The position numbers and the translations under genes were made by a program. This document shows, one piece after another, positions 9,569-19,821 of a stretch of 64,000 bases of DNA (positions are counted from its first letter, which is position 1; each line of letters starts with the position of its first letter). The notes beneath the pieces were generated by a model. The model did no database searches. It had not been told where the DNA came from and saw only the letters and a program-made list of their open reading frames with translations. The stretch comes from Candidatus Borrarchaeum weybense (GTDB taxonomy: Archaea; Asgardarchaeota; Sifarchaeia; Borrarchaeales; Borrarchaeaceae): NCBI GenBank assembly GCA_019057385.1, contig JAHQJS010000004.1:224001-288000 (forward strand), given 5' to 3'.

Positions 9569-10644
9569 CCAAAGCACAAAAAAAAGTGTTAAAACTCCTT
9601 ACGCCAGGTTTTATTACACCGCATAAGGGGGTTCATTTAGTCTTTGACGCTATTGATGGGCTCAATGACGTGGAATATATTGTCGCAGGTTCAATTAGAA
9701 CTGATTCACGTGTTCATAAGACATACTTGACAAAAATAAAAGAAAATGCTCCTTGTAATGTGAAAATAATTGAAAAATTCTTTTCGAAAGAGGAGTTTCT
9801 TGAAATAATTGCAGATAGCGATATAGTTATTTTACCTTATTTAGATGTATCTCAAAGTGGCTCTGGAATTCTCCATTTATCATTAGGTCTTGGAAAGCCG
9901 ATTATTGCCTCAAAAATTGGAGAATTCGTAGAATTATTAAGAGGAAACGCTTTATTGGTCGATCCTTACGATAAAATTGCATTAAGAAACGCTATTCTTA
10001 AAATGAAGAATAGCAAATTGAAGAAGTTTTATGAATCTCGTACAAAAGAATTAGCCTCTAAAACATCATGGAGCAACATTGCTAATGAACATCTCAAAAT
10101 ATATCGTAATCTGCTAAAAACATATCATCCTTCACACATAGCGATAGTTAGTACCTTTGGGGAACGTTGTGGCATAGGCGAATATGCATCATTCTTGGCA
10201 AACTCGTTAGAAAATCAACAACTGAAAGTTCTGCGGATTAAACTTAAGAAGAACTGGAGTTTTAGCATCGCTTTGGTGAAAATTATTGATCGGTACCATC
10301 CCCAACTTGTGCATATACAATTTGAATATGGTTTATTCAAATGTTTTCCATTTCTCCAGATAGGCACTTCTATTTTACTCTTCTATTTCCTCTCAAAATT
10401 ATTTAACGTTAAAACAATAACAACAATGCACACTGTTTATAACCCTCATTATCTCTGGAACAAAAAATGGAAGAATATATTATCAAGGGTTGCAGGAACG
10501 TTTTTGCGAGTATTCCTTGTGAAATTAATAACCGTAATGTCAAATCGAATTATAGTACATACAAATGAATCTAAAAAGGCGCTTTCAAACGACAAGAAAA
10601 CGTTTGTAGTGCGTCACGGCACATTGATTAAAAGGCGCAAATAA
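9565..10644 (+). CDS. Circularly permuted GT4 glycosyltransferase
   Basis: Donor-domain motifs (GFITPHKG, ILPY..SQSGSG, GKPIIAS, SWSNIANEH) come before acceptor-domain motifs (IAIVSTFGERCGIGEY, VHIQFEYGLF, TTMHTV, IIVHT, VVRHG). Confidence 0.85.
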   Translation: MTKAQKKVLKLLTPGFITPHKGVHLVFDAIDGLNDVEYIVAGSIRTDSRVHKTYLTKIKENAPCNVKIIEKFFSKEEFLEIIADSDIVILPYLDVSQSGSGILHLSLGLGKPIIASKIGEFVELLRGNALLVDPYDKIALRNAILKMKNSKLKKFYESRTKELASKTSWSNIANEHLKIYRNLLKTYHPSHIAIVSTFGERCGIGEYASFLANSLENQQLKVLRIKLKKNWSFSIALVKIIDRYHPQLVHIQFEYGLFKCFPFLQIGTSILLFYFLSKLFNVKTITTMHTVYNPHYLWNKKWKNILSRVAGTFLRVFLVKLITVMSNRIIVHTNESKKALSNDKKTFVVRHGTLIKRRK

Positions 10645-10657
10645 GGTAGAGCGAGAA

Positions 10658-11542
10658 ATGGATGCTTCTATAGTTATTTCAACTTATGGGAGAGGACAAG
10701 ACGTTGTAGATTGTATTAACAGCCTCCTTAATCTCAACAAACATAATTTTGAGATTATTGTTATTGAGTCATCCCCCAACGTGTTAACAGCGCTTGATTT
10801 AAAAAAAAGATATAAGGATAATTTATTAGTAAGAATAACTCATTCTAAAATTCCCATAGGTCTGTCCAGAGCCAGAAATCTCGGCGTTCTCCTTGCAAAG
10901 AATGATATTGTGGTTTTTATCGATGACGATTGTATAGCCTGTCCTAATTGGCTTCAAAATCTTTTAAATGTATTTAATACTAAAAAAACAGGCATTGTTG
11001 GGGGTCGATCAATCCCGCTTTTCTTAACTGAACGCGTTCCTCGATGGTTAGATGATCGATTGACTCCAGCAATAGGAATTTCACATTTTTCAAATAAAAG
11101 GCAAAAAGTTGAATATGTACTTGGCTGCAATTTTGCAGTCCGAAAGGAATTATTCAATGAAATGAATTTGTTTAGAGAAGATTTAGGTCGTAGAGGAAAA
11201 CTTCTTCTATCAAATGAAGAGGTCGAGTTTTGTAAGAGAGTTAAGGAAGCAGGTTATCTTGTTATTTACACGCCCAAAGCTGTGGTGAGACATAAGGTAT
11301 ACCCTACAAGGTTGGACAGAAGTTACTTTTTCAAACGATTCTTCTATGGAGGTTTGAGTGAGGGGATAATGCATACTTTTGGCATTAGAAAATTGTTTTT
11401 CGTAGCGAAAGAATTGCTGAAAAACATAATATATTTCTTTAGAAATGCCAATATGTTTTCCTTGTGTTTAATTTTTGAAAAGTTAGGTCTATTTGTAAGC
11501 ATTCTCTATATACCTAAAAGCGGAGAATCTTATTCAGTCTAA
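10658..11542 (+). CDS. GT2 glycosyltransferase (AglE/AglG-like)
   Basis: SIVISTYGR, GLSRARNLG, FIDDD, GCNFAVR, LLSNEE. Confidence 0.9.
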   Translation: MDASIVISTYGRGQDVVDCINSLLNLNKHNFEIIVIESSPNVLTALDLKKRYKDNLLVRITHSKIPIGLSRARNLGVLLAKNDIVVFIDDDCIACPNWLQNLLNVFNTKKTGIVGGRSIPLFLTERVPRWLDDRLTPAIGISHFSNKRQKVEYVLGCNFAVRKELFNEMNLFREDLGRRGKLLLSNEEVEFCKRVKEAGYLVIYTPKAVVRHKVYPTRLDRSYFFKRFFYGGLSEGIMHTFGIRKLFFVAKELLKNIIYFFRNANMFSLCLIFEKLGLFVSILYIPKSGESYSV

Positions 11543-11589
11543 TTTCATAATGAACTACAAAAAAGAAGTCATTGGAGTTCAATTGGGTA

Positions 11590-12768
11590 ATGTCAATAAA
11601 AATAGATACAAGTAGAGAACTTGAGGAGATCCATCTTAGTCTAACTCGAATTCTCGACGAAAGGGATAGATTATTCCCAAAACACGATCCCCAAAATACA
11701 AAAGATGTGCGAAAGATCCTCAAGGCATATGCAAATGTTCTTAAAAGTATAGAAGTGCCAAACTGGGAGCCCGATAATAAACTTATAGACTCAGCGAAGA
11801 ATTTGACCCAAAAATGTGTTTTCATCTGTGGTTTCATGAAAAGTGGAACAACATTACTTTTAGAACTCTTGGATAACCATCCTGAACTTATTGTCATGCC
11901 TGGTGACTCAAATCTGATAAATTGGATAAATAATACGCTGAATACACCTTTAGAGGAGCGTCTAACAAATTGGGATGTGCACTGGATCTCTCGCCTTATC
12001 AATCCCACAGGTCAAAAACCATTCTGGATAATGGGTGAAAAAGTTCATCCATATTTGGAATTTCTTTACTATCTAAATTATTGGCTTGAAGATTTACCTT
12101 CTTCTGACACTAGCCCTTTTATTGCAGTTGTCTTAGCTTTTTATTGTGCAAATCCACAGCGTGCAACCGATCCTAAGTTTTGGGTTGAAAAAAACCCTAG
12201 GAATGAATTGAAAGTTGATCAGATCTTAAACTATTTTCCTTCTGCACGTTTCATTCACATTATACGTGATCCTCGCTCGAATATGGCTTCCTTGAAGCGA
12301 CGTTGCAAACTCCATAAATTGAATTGGGATGTAGAAGGTTATTCTTATGCAATCCAGAAATCAAATAAACTCGGATTTTTTTACCAAAAAAGACTTGGAA
12401 AAAGCAGGTATCATATTTTACGATATGAAGATTTAATAAAGAATCCAGAAATTGAGATGAAAACTATCGCTAATTTCTTAGGAATCAAAATTGACAACAA
12501 TCTGCTTTACCCTACAGTGAATGGTCTTCCCGCCAAATCAAATACAATGTTCAAAGATAGACAGATCCAAGGCAAAATTTTTGCCAACTTAAGCGAGAAA
12601 TGGCGAACTGAATTAGACCTTTCTGAGCAAAAGGAAATATATGCTATTTTATATCCTATAGCAAAACGTCTAGGTTATGATTGGAAACTTGGATCTATTA
12701 GTTGGGCTAATTATCTTTACTATTGCCAAGCTAGGATTAGATATCTTGCATCTCGAATGCTTAAATGA
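11590..12768 (+). CDS. PAPS-dependent sulfotransferase (Sulfotransfer_3-like)
   Basis: 5'-PSB motif GFMKSGTT, WVEKNP, 3'-PB motif HIIRDPR and RYEDL. Alternative TTG start at 11572. Confidence 0.88.
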   Translation: MSIKIDTSRELEEIHLSLTRILDERDRLFPKHDPQNTKDVRKILKAYANVLKSIEVPNWEPDNKLIDSAKNLTQKCVFICGFMKSGTTLLLELLDNHPELIVMPGDSNLINWINNTLNTPLEERLTNWDVHWISRLINPTGQKPFWIMGEKVHPYLEFLYYLNYWLEDLPSSDTSPFIAVVLAFYCANPQRATDPKFWVEKNPRNELKVDQILNYFPSARFIHIIRDPRSNMASLKRRCKLHKLNWDVEGYSYAIQKSNKLGFFYQKRLGKSRYHILRYEDLIKNPEIEMKTIANFLGIKIDNNLLYPTVNGLPAKSNTMFKDRQIQGKIFANLSEKWRTELDLSEQKEIYAILYPIAKRLGYDWKLGSISWANYLYYCQARIRYLASRMLK

Positions 12769-13000
12769 TTTAGAAACTAAAAATAACGACTTTGGAAATA
12801 TCTTGAATCACGATTGCTTTAGTTATCGCAAAAAAGCCAAACCAGATTTATAATTAACTTCATAGCCCTTTCCATGTTTCCTGATAAAAGCTTTTTTGGT
12901 CTATTAAGAAAATCATAACGGTCTTAATTTCAAAGCGATAGACATAAATTCATAACTTAATTGAATTTACCCCAAATATCAAAGTTCTTGTGGGCTGATT

Positions 13001-13849
13001 TTGGGCGAAAAAAAGATCGCAATATATGAACCCGATCGTACAGTAAAACAAGGTTATATTACACTCTGGAAAGAAAATTTCCAGGATTTAAAAGAAAACT
13101 TATGGCTAATCCGTCAATTTTTTTTCAGAGAATTTAAAGGGCAGTATAGTCAATCTCTATTGGGTATTATATGGGCTTTTATACTGCCTCTTGTAACACT
13201 AGCAATTTTTATTCTTCTAAGAAGTTCAGGGTTATTTAATGTTGGAGTTATAGAGGTGCCTTATGTAATCTATGCGCTCCTAGGATTATCTTTCTGGCAG
13301 TTATTTGTCACAGGGATTGTACAGAGTACAAATTCTTTGGTTAGTGCGGGATCTATGATTAAAAAGGTTAATTTTCCTCGGGAAACCTTGGTCTTTGCAT
13401 CATTAGGAAATGCACTATTCTCATTTGCTCTTCAGATGGGCATTGTTTTTATCTTGTTTGGTATTTATGGATTTTTTCCTCACTGGAAATTTTTGCTGTT
13501 TCCATTAATGATAATCCCGATATTATTATTAACTTGTGGATTAGGCTTCATTTTTTCGTTAATAAATGGTATAATACGAGATTTAGGAAGAATTCTTGGC
13601 CTTGGATTAACTTTTTTGCTGTTTATCACTCCTATCGCGTATGAACTTCCTGAAATGGGATTTTTGGCAACATTGGCCCGCATCAATCCCTTGTATTATC
13701 TTTCCATAGCACCTAGGGATCTTGCACTAACAGGAACATTAAGCCATCCGCTGGGCTACTTTATTTCTTGTGGTCTTTCTATTTTCGTCTTTTTCTATTG
13801 CTGGATGACGTTTCATTTGACAGAAACCAGAATTCCAGAGAGGCTCTAG
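13001..13849 (+). CDS. wzm: ABC-2 polysaccharide export permease
   Basis: REFKGQYSQSLLGIIWAFILPL, IKKVNFPRE, RDL, TPIAY and INPL motifs; adjacent to the ATPase. Confidence 0.92.
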   Translation: MGEKKIAIYEPDRTVKQGYITLWKENFQDLKENLWLIRQFFFREFKGQYSQSLLGIIWAFILPLVTLAIFILLRSSGLFNVGVIEVPYVIYALLGLSFWQLFVTGIVQSTNSLVSAGSMIKKVNFPRETLVFASLGNALFSFALQMGIVFILFGIYGFFPHWKFLLFPLMIIPILLLTCGLGFIFSLINGIIRDLGRILGLGLTFLLFITPIAYELPEMGFLATLARINPLYYLSIAPRDLALTGTLSHPLGYFISCGLSIFVFFYCWMTFHLTETRIPERL

Positions 13850-13853
13850 TAAT

Positions 13854-15152
13854 ATGTCTTTAAAAAATACAGATGTTAGGTCGTTAAACGATAACGAAGT
13901 CGTTATCAAAGTCGAAAACGTATCAAAAAAATTTTCTAAGTCACTTAGGCGATCTATGGTTTATGGCTTGAAAGATATCCTTAGAAATACTTTTAAAATG
14001 CACTCAAAATCTGACAGACTTAGAAAAAGTGAATTTTGGGCAGTAAAGGACATCTCATTTGAATTAAAAAAAAGCGAATGTCTTGGAATAGTTGGCCCTA
14101 ATGGTTCTGGAAAGACAACACTATTGTCTATGTTAAATGGCATTTACATGCCAGATCAAGGTAAGATTACAGTAAAAGGAAAAGTAGGTGCATTAATAGC
14201 AGTTGGAGCTGGTTTTCATCCTATGTTATCAGGGCGGGAGAACATCTATATTAACGGTGCAGTATTAGGAATGGGCAAAGAAGAAATTAACAAGAAATTT
14301 GATTCTATAGTTGAATTTGCTGATATTGGTGATTTTCTCGATATGCCTGTGAAGCATTATAGTTCTGGCATGTATGTGAGACTTGGATTTGCGGTGGCAA
14401 TTCATTGTGAGCCAGATATACTTCTAGTTGACGAAATCTTGTCAGTAGGAGATATCAAATTTAGAGATAAGTCACAACGAAAATTCATGGAATTGGTTGA
14501 AAATGGTACTTCAGTCGTTCTTGTTTCTCATAATCTTAATACCGTGAGACGAGTTTGTGATAAGGCACTTATGTTAAACAAAGGAGAAGTTATTGATTAT
14601 GGAGAGGTTGAAGATGTTATCAATAATTATAGTCTGCTAATGAACAGAGAGGAACTAAAAACTCTCAAAGAAAAAAGTGATCTCATTCCCCTGCAAAGGA
14701 AAGGGGAAACAGGAAGGATAGAACTTTTTAATTGCAAAGTTTATGAAGAAGGAGGAAATCCGGAATTTAATGAGATCGAATTTGGAAAAAATATTATAAT
14801 TGAGTTTGAGTATAAATGTTATGAGGAACTAAAAAATCCAGAATTTCGTGTAATTATCTCTTCTGCTTTTAATAGAAAATCGATTGCAAAGATAAGTTCT
14901 TATTCTACGTCCAATTTACCATCTTTCTTCAGTGATACCGGGAAAATTAGATTTACAATTACAAATAATAGACTGCATCACGGAGTTTATCTTATTAGTC
15001 TGGCAGTAGTGAGAGGCTCCTTTGGCCATTTATTTACTTTTAACAATTGTCAACAATTTCTCATTAAGAATCCGGATCCTAGAGTATATCGTGTAGAATA
15101 TTCGAATTTATTATTTGTTCTTGATTTTACCGTGGATCATATTAGCGAATGA
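13854..15152 (+). CDS. wzt: ABC polysaccharide export ATPase with C-terminal Wzt_C carbohydrate-binding domain
   Basis: FWAVKDISF, Walker A GPNGSGKTT, YSSGMYVRLGF, LLVDE, VSH and a beta-rich C-terminal extension. Confidence 0.93.
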   Translation: MSLKNTDVRSLNDNEVVIKVENVSKKFSKSLRRSMVYGLKDILRNTFKMHSKSDRLRKSEFWAVKDISFELKKSECLGIVGPNGSGKTTLLSMLNGIYMPDQGKITVKGKVGALIAVGAGFHPMLSGRENIYINGAVLGMGKEEINKKFDSIVEFADIGDFLDMPVKHYSSGMYVRLGFAVAIHCEPDILLVDEILSVGDIKFRDKSQRKFMELVENGTSVVLVSHNLNTVRRVCDKALMLNKGEVIDYGEVEDVINNYSLLMNREELKTLKEKSDLIPLQRKGETGRIELFNCKVYEEGGNPEFNEIEFGKNIIIEFEYKCYEELKNPEFRVIISSAFNRKSIAKISSYSTSNLPSFFSDTGKIRFTITNNRLHHGVYLISLAVVRGSFGHLFTFNNCQQFLIKNPDPRVYRVEYSNLLFVLDFTVDHISE

Positions 15153-15298
15153 ATCAATTTGATAGACATTAACACACTTGAAATCGTATCCGCAAATGTT
15201 CGATAGTGATTAGTATAAGCACATCTAAAATATCAAGTATTGGATAAAATTTATCTTCTGTTAATCTGTGAGCTTAGGACATTATTGGGGTAAATTAG

Positions 15299-16297
15299 AT
15301 GTCAAATATGAAGGATCTCTTACCTAATGTAGTTGTATTAGGTGCCCAGAAATGTGGGACAACTTGGTTATTCAAAAATTTACAAAATCATCCAGACATT
15401 TTAATACCACGAAAAGAGATCCATTACTTCACTAGACATCATTTAAAAGGGATTGAGTGGTATTCGAATTATTACAAAGACGCCTATAATGGGCAGAAAA
15501 TTCTAATGGACATAGCAACAAACTATCTTTATGATCATGATTATTTTAGACGATATATGCTTACTTATCACAGAAATATTGCAAAAGAGATTTACAATAC
15601 ACTAAATGAACCAAAATTGATATTAATGGTCAGAGATCCAATAGATCGAGCATTTTCGCAATATATCAACTTATTACAAGAATCAATTACTTATGGTGCG
15701 ATATATAGTGGTAAAATTAAACCAATTGATTCTCCAAAAGCTAGAAAAATGGGGTTTAAATATCCTAAACACTGGCCGTTAGGTTTTAAATTACAAGACC
15801 GTGATGCTTTTTTTTATGTGCCAGATACGTTTGAGAAAGCAATAATTACTCATCCTTATCTAATTACGCGTGGCTTTTTTGCTACTTATGTGAAAAAATA
15901 TTTAGAGTATTTTACGAAAGATCAATTTTTATTTTTAGAATTTGATATGCTAAAAAAGAATCCAAAAGGGCTTCTAAATTCTGTCTACGATTTTTTGGGA
16001 ATAGATAGGTATTATAATGAGGAATTTCTATACAAGAGAATCAATCCAGCAAGTAAAAGAAAAATTGTTAGAAATTGGAGTTTAGAATCATATATAGTAC
16101 GGATTCTGAGAGAAGAAACTATTCCAAGCACATTTAAAATCCCTTTAAAAATTCTATCGAAATTGAATTTGGCTTTAAGTAAGAAAGAAAAACCTAAACC
16201 AAAAAAAGAAACGATAAAAATACTGTCTAGATGGTTTAAGCCACATAATCTAGAATTGGAAAGAATTACTGGCCTAAATTTAAGTCATTGGAAATGA
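15299..16297 (+). CDS. Sulfotransferase (Sulfotransfer_1; heparan-sulfate-sulfotransferase-like motif pattern)
   Basis: GAQKCGTT, HPDI...KEIHYF, RDPIDRAFSQY, and a C-terminal FKPHNLEL...W. Confidence 0.9.
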   Translation: MSNMKDLLPNVVVLGAQKCGTTWLFKNLQNHPDILIPRKEIHYFTRHHLKGIEWYSNYYKDAYNGQKILMDIATNYLYDHDYFRRYMLTYHRNIAKEIYNTLNEPKLILMVRDPIDRAFSQYINLLQESITYGAIYSGKIKPIDSPKARKMGFKYPKHWPLGFKLQDRDAFFYVPDTFEKAIITHPYLITRGFFATYVKKYLEYFTKDQFLFLEFDMLKKNPKGLLNSVYDFLGIDRYYNEEFLYKRINPASKRKIVRNWSLESYIVRILREETIPSTFKIPLKILSKLNLALSKKEKPKPKKETIKILSRWFKPHNLELERITGLNLSHWK

Positions 16298-16411
16298 AAA
16301 GACCCAATTATTGTTTACTTCATCAGAAAGAAAAGTGAAGAAATGTTCAGTAGCATTCTGGTTATATAGGGCAAATCTTACAGATACTCGATCGAAAAGG
16401 AAAGATAATGA

Positions 16412-17335
16412 ATGTTGCCAAATTTCTTAATCATAGGTGCACAGAGATCTGCTACCACTTTCGTACATAAATGTTTAGAAGATCATCCCGATATTTTTAT
16501 GCCTCCAAAAGAAAAGGCCTTTTTCGAGAATCCATATTTCTTTCAAAAAGATTTTAATGAATTTGAAAAATTATTTGAAAACTTATCTCAAAAAGCAATT
16601 GGAATCAAACGTCCTAACTATTTAGGTAAAATAGAATGCCCAGAAAGAATCTATCGATATATTCCAAATGCTAAACTTATAGTGATACTTCGAAATCCTG
16701 TAGAGAGAGCGATATCCGCTTATTTTCACCAGATGAAATCAGGTTTTATTCCAATAAAGCCTCTGGAAAAAGGATTACTCAATGTAATTAACCGAAAATA
16801 CTACAAATTGTATCCTAGATCCAAAGAAATTATTGAGTTCGGTTTTTATTATAAGCATTTGATGCATTACTTACATTATTTTAAAAAAGATCAATTATTA
16901 GTAATTATCTATCGTGATCTCAAGGCGAATCCACTTAAGACAATTCAACATATTTTCAGGTTTCTTAAAGTTGATGAGAATTTCATTCCAAAAACATTAC
17001 AAAGCAAACAAAATCCAGGTGTGTACTCGCTCACAAGGCTCAGACTACTCAATATCCGTCATCGATTTGTTTCAATTTATAATGAAGACAAAACCGCAAG
17101 ATATGGTAAGAAACAAAAAACAGTCTTAGATAGACTAATTGATAAACTAATTCTTTTAATTGATAGAAAATTACTCTTTCAAATTTGCAAAAACTCGAGG
17201 TTAGAGTTAAGTGCAAAACTTTCTAGAAGCCTATTCAAGATATATGAAGAAGATATCAATGGGCTGGAAGTTTTTTTAGGTAGAAAATTAACATATTGGA
17301 AGTCGTACTCGTTAATGCAAGATGTCAACAAGTGA
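16412..17335 (+). CDS. Sulfotransferase (Sulfotransfer_1)
   Basis: LPNFLIIGAQRSATT, HPDIF..KE, KRPNY, LRNPVERAISAY. Confidence 0.9.
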   Translation: MLPNFLIIGAQRSATTFVHKCLEDHPDIFMPPKEKAFFENPYFFQKDFNEFEKLFENLSQKAIGIKRPNYLGKIECPERIYRYIPNAKLIVILRNPVERAISAYFHQMKSGFIPIKPLEKGLLNVINRKYYKLYPRSKEIIEFGFYYKHLMHYLHYFKKDQLLVIIYRDLKANPLKTIQHIFRFLKVDENFIPKTLQSKQNPGVYSLTRLRLLNIRHRFVSIYNEDKTARYGKKQKTVLDRLIDKLILLIDRKLLFQICKNSRLELSAKLSRSLFKIYEEDINGLEVFLGRKLTYWKSYSLMQDVNK

Positions 17336-17455
17336 CACCTGTATTTTAACAGAATGAAGCAAAGGATTTTATTACATCTTTCAATTGTTATACCGAAGAT
17401 ATTTATGGTGATATAAGGGAACAACTTAGATGTTTAAAGGATTTCTATTTGTTAT

Positions 17456-18331
17456 TTGCGAAATCTAAGTTATTGGAAGAGGAAAATGGAGATCAATAGA
17501 TTTCTTTGTCAGATTAACAAGCATATTGTTAGAACACAAGTTAAGAACAAGAAGTCTAAAAAAATTACAATTGTATTAGACCGACTCACTTCATTTCCTT
17601 GGAAAGGCTTATACACTAAATTGAATCCGGAAAGAAAATTTATTATTAGAGTGGATGATTACCCTCGCTTAGATCACAAATTCGACAATTTTAAAAGATT
17701 TCATTTACTTACAAAGAAATATAAAATAGATTACTTGCTGTGTGTTACTCCATTTGAGAAGTTTTATGGTAGAGAAATTGACTTTCTCAATTCTGAATAT
17801 TTTGATTTTTTATTAAAAGAACACATAGAATTCGGGTTACATGGGTTCACGCATCAGAGAAGAAAAGATAAGAGCGAATTATTACTAATGGGAATTCAGA
17901 AACTGAGAAAAAGAGTTTTAAAAATATTGAACATGTTTTCTGAATATTCTAATTTCAGAAAAGTATTCATTCCGCCCTTTAACCAGATAGATTATGATAC
18001 ATTTATTGAATTATCAAGACATTTTGAAATAGTGACTGGTGGTCCTGAGTCATTATATTTATTTGGCGCTTATCCACCAATGATACTAAATGGTTGCGCT
18101 TATATGCCCTCTTATTACGGTTTTTATGGTCGTTCAGAGCGAATCAATGAATTTCTAAAAAATAGGACATATTTCAATAATCTCATGCCCATCACGTTAC
18201 ATTGGGCATGGGAATGCAAAGATAATTACGAAAACTTGAATAATCTCCTAAAAAACTTTAGTAGGAAAACGAGAACTTGGAAAAACTTCATAGAAACTCT
18301 AACAGACCATAAACATCTTAAGAGGGCGTAG
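17456..18331 (+). CDS. Polysaccharide deacetylase (CE4/NodB-like, DUF2334-type)
   Basis: IIRVDDYP, HGFTH metal ligands, FIPPFN, TLHW. ATG 17486 is an alternative start. Confidence 0.78.
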   Translation: MRNLSYWKRKMEINRFLCQINKHIVRTQVKNKKSKKITIVLDRLTSFPWKGLYTKLNPERKFIIRVDDYPRLDHKFDNFKRFHLLTKKYKIDYLLCVTPFEKFYGREIDFLNSEYFDFLLKEHIEFGLHGFTHQRRKDKSELLLMGIQKLRKRVLKILNMFSEYSNFRKVFIPPFNQIDYDTFIELSRHFEIVTGGPESLYLFGAYPPMILNGCAYMPSYYGFYGRSERINEFLKNRTYFNNLMPITLHWAWECKDNYENLNNLLKNFSRKTRTWKNFIETLTDHKHLKRA

Positions 18332-18484
18332 TCAAAAAATAGCGAAGATAATGCTATATATGAATACATCATTCTTGTCGTCGATTGAGATCATTATTAA
18401 CAGCTAACTGCCGTTTATATTTATGACTAAGATTTACTTGAATCAAGACTAATTAGGTTAGAATGATGAAAGGGGAATATCTTA

Positions 18485-19726
18485 TTGGACAAGATCTCTA
18501 TTAAATCTCTATGCTGGCTGTATCAAATATACTATGGTGGTGTCGAGAATAGAGCTTACAATATGGCAGCCTTTCTATCACGATTTGCGAATGTAGAATT
18601 CCTTTTTGCAAGACCATTTATTTCCGATAATACTTTTCAGAGATTTTTTCCAAAAAAAGTTAAAATTAGAGTACATAAGATAGCTCCGTTTCTATTAAAA
18701 TTTGCTGATATAGAATTTTTGTTTGCAAGACCAATTTATTCCAATACAAGTTATCAGAATAAAGCCAATCTCAGATACAGACCTATACAAATCTATTTTA
18801 ATCCCTATAAGGTTTATAGAAAAGATTTCTGGGAAGACTTCTTTATAAAAAAGGCGACAATGTATCTAAATAGAGAAAAACAAAATATAGATCTAGTAAT
18901 AGGACATGGTTTAAATGCAATCCCTGGCATTAACGTGGGGCTACCTACTGTAACTACAATGCATGGAGTAGATCGCTGGATATCAAATCCGCCAAAACTG
19001 AGAAAAATTCTTTTAAGAAAGTCGAATAAGATAATAGCGATAACAAAAAGGGTACAATCACAGTTGATAGAAAAAGGGGTGGATGAAAAAAAAATATCAG
19101 TCATTTATAATGGCGTTGACTTTAATGATATCGATAATACAAAACTTAAATCAAAAGATTTCTTGGAAAAATATGGTATAAATCCTGATAAAAGAATAAT
19201 TCTTTCAGTCCATAATTTCAATAAAGTAAAAAACACGATGAGAATCATACAGTCTTTCATTAATATAAAAAGAGGTTATGATGACTATCAACTGGTATTT
19301 ATTGGTGACGGCCCTGAAAAGCGGTATTACGTTAACTATATCAAGAGAAAAAAGATTAAAGATGTTTACTTCATAGGAAAACTTTTCAAAACAGATCTCT
19401 ACCCCTTTTATAAGGTTGCCGATGTGTTCCTTATGCCGAGTTTAAGAGAAAGCTGGGGTATCGTTTTTTTTGAAGCAATGGCAGCAAAATGTGCAGTAAT
19501 TCTTAGTAAAAATTGTGGTGTTACAGAAATCATAGAAAATAACAAAGATGGGATAATTGTCGATCCAAATAGCCAGCCAGAGATTGATAATGCATTAAAA
19601 ACTCTGATAGATGATGATGAGTTTAAAAAACAGTTAGGAGAAAATGGATACAAACTTGCTCGGACATTGGACTGGGAGAATCAAGGAAAAATATTATGGA
19701 AGGAATTGCAAGAGTTTTTTAACTAA
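18485..19726 (+). CDS. GT4 glycosyltransferase with internal 39-aa duplication
   Basis: YYGGVE, TTMHG, VIYNGVD, PSLRESWGIVFFEAMA. Confidence 0.92.
   Translation: MDKISIKSLCWLYQIYYGGVENRAYNMAAFLSRFANVEFLFARPFISDNTFQRFFPKKVKIRVHKIAPFLLKFADIEFLFARPIYSNTSYQNKANLRYRPIQIYFNPYKVYRKDFWEDFFIKKATMYLNREKQNIDLVIGHGLNAIPGINVGLPTVTTMHGVDRWISNPPKLRKILLRKSNKIIAITKRVQSQLIEKGVDEKKISVIYNGVDFNDIDNTKLKSKDFLEKYGINPDKRIILSVHNFNKVKNTMRIIQSFINIKRGYDDYQLVFIGDGPEKRYYVNYIKRKKIKDVYFIGKLFKTDLYPFYKVADVFLMPSLRESWGIVFFEAMAAKCAVILSKNCGVTEIIENNKDGIIVDPNSQPEIDNALKTLIDDDEFKKQLGENGYKLARTLDWENQGKILWKELQEFFN
18563..18759 (+). repeat. Diverged in-frame tandem duplication, period 117 bp
   Basis: MAAFLSRFANVEFLFARPFIS (starts 18563) versus IAPFLLKFADIEFLFARPIYS (starts 18680). 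Confidence 0.85.
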
Positions 19727-19821
19727 TTCGAGAAAGTTCACAAACAAATCAATACTTAAATATTTGAAGGAATTGGAGATAGATTGAAGGCTTGTTTACA
19801 AAATGTAGAAGGTAATGGTGA

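Noticed and set aside
6807-9579. Similar antisense ORFs at 6807-7061 and 9139-9579
   Set aside because: They are shadows of the duplicated sense genes, so their similarity is inherited.
9578-9585. A8 tract near the start of the permuted GT4, and other A/T runs, as phase-variation switches
   Set aside because: Runs of this length are common at this AT content and the frames are intact.
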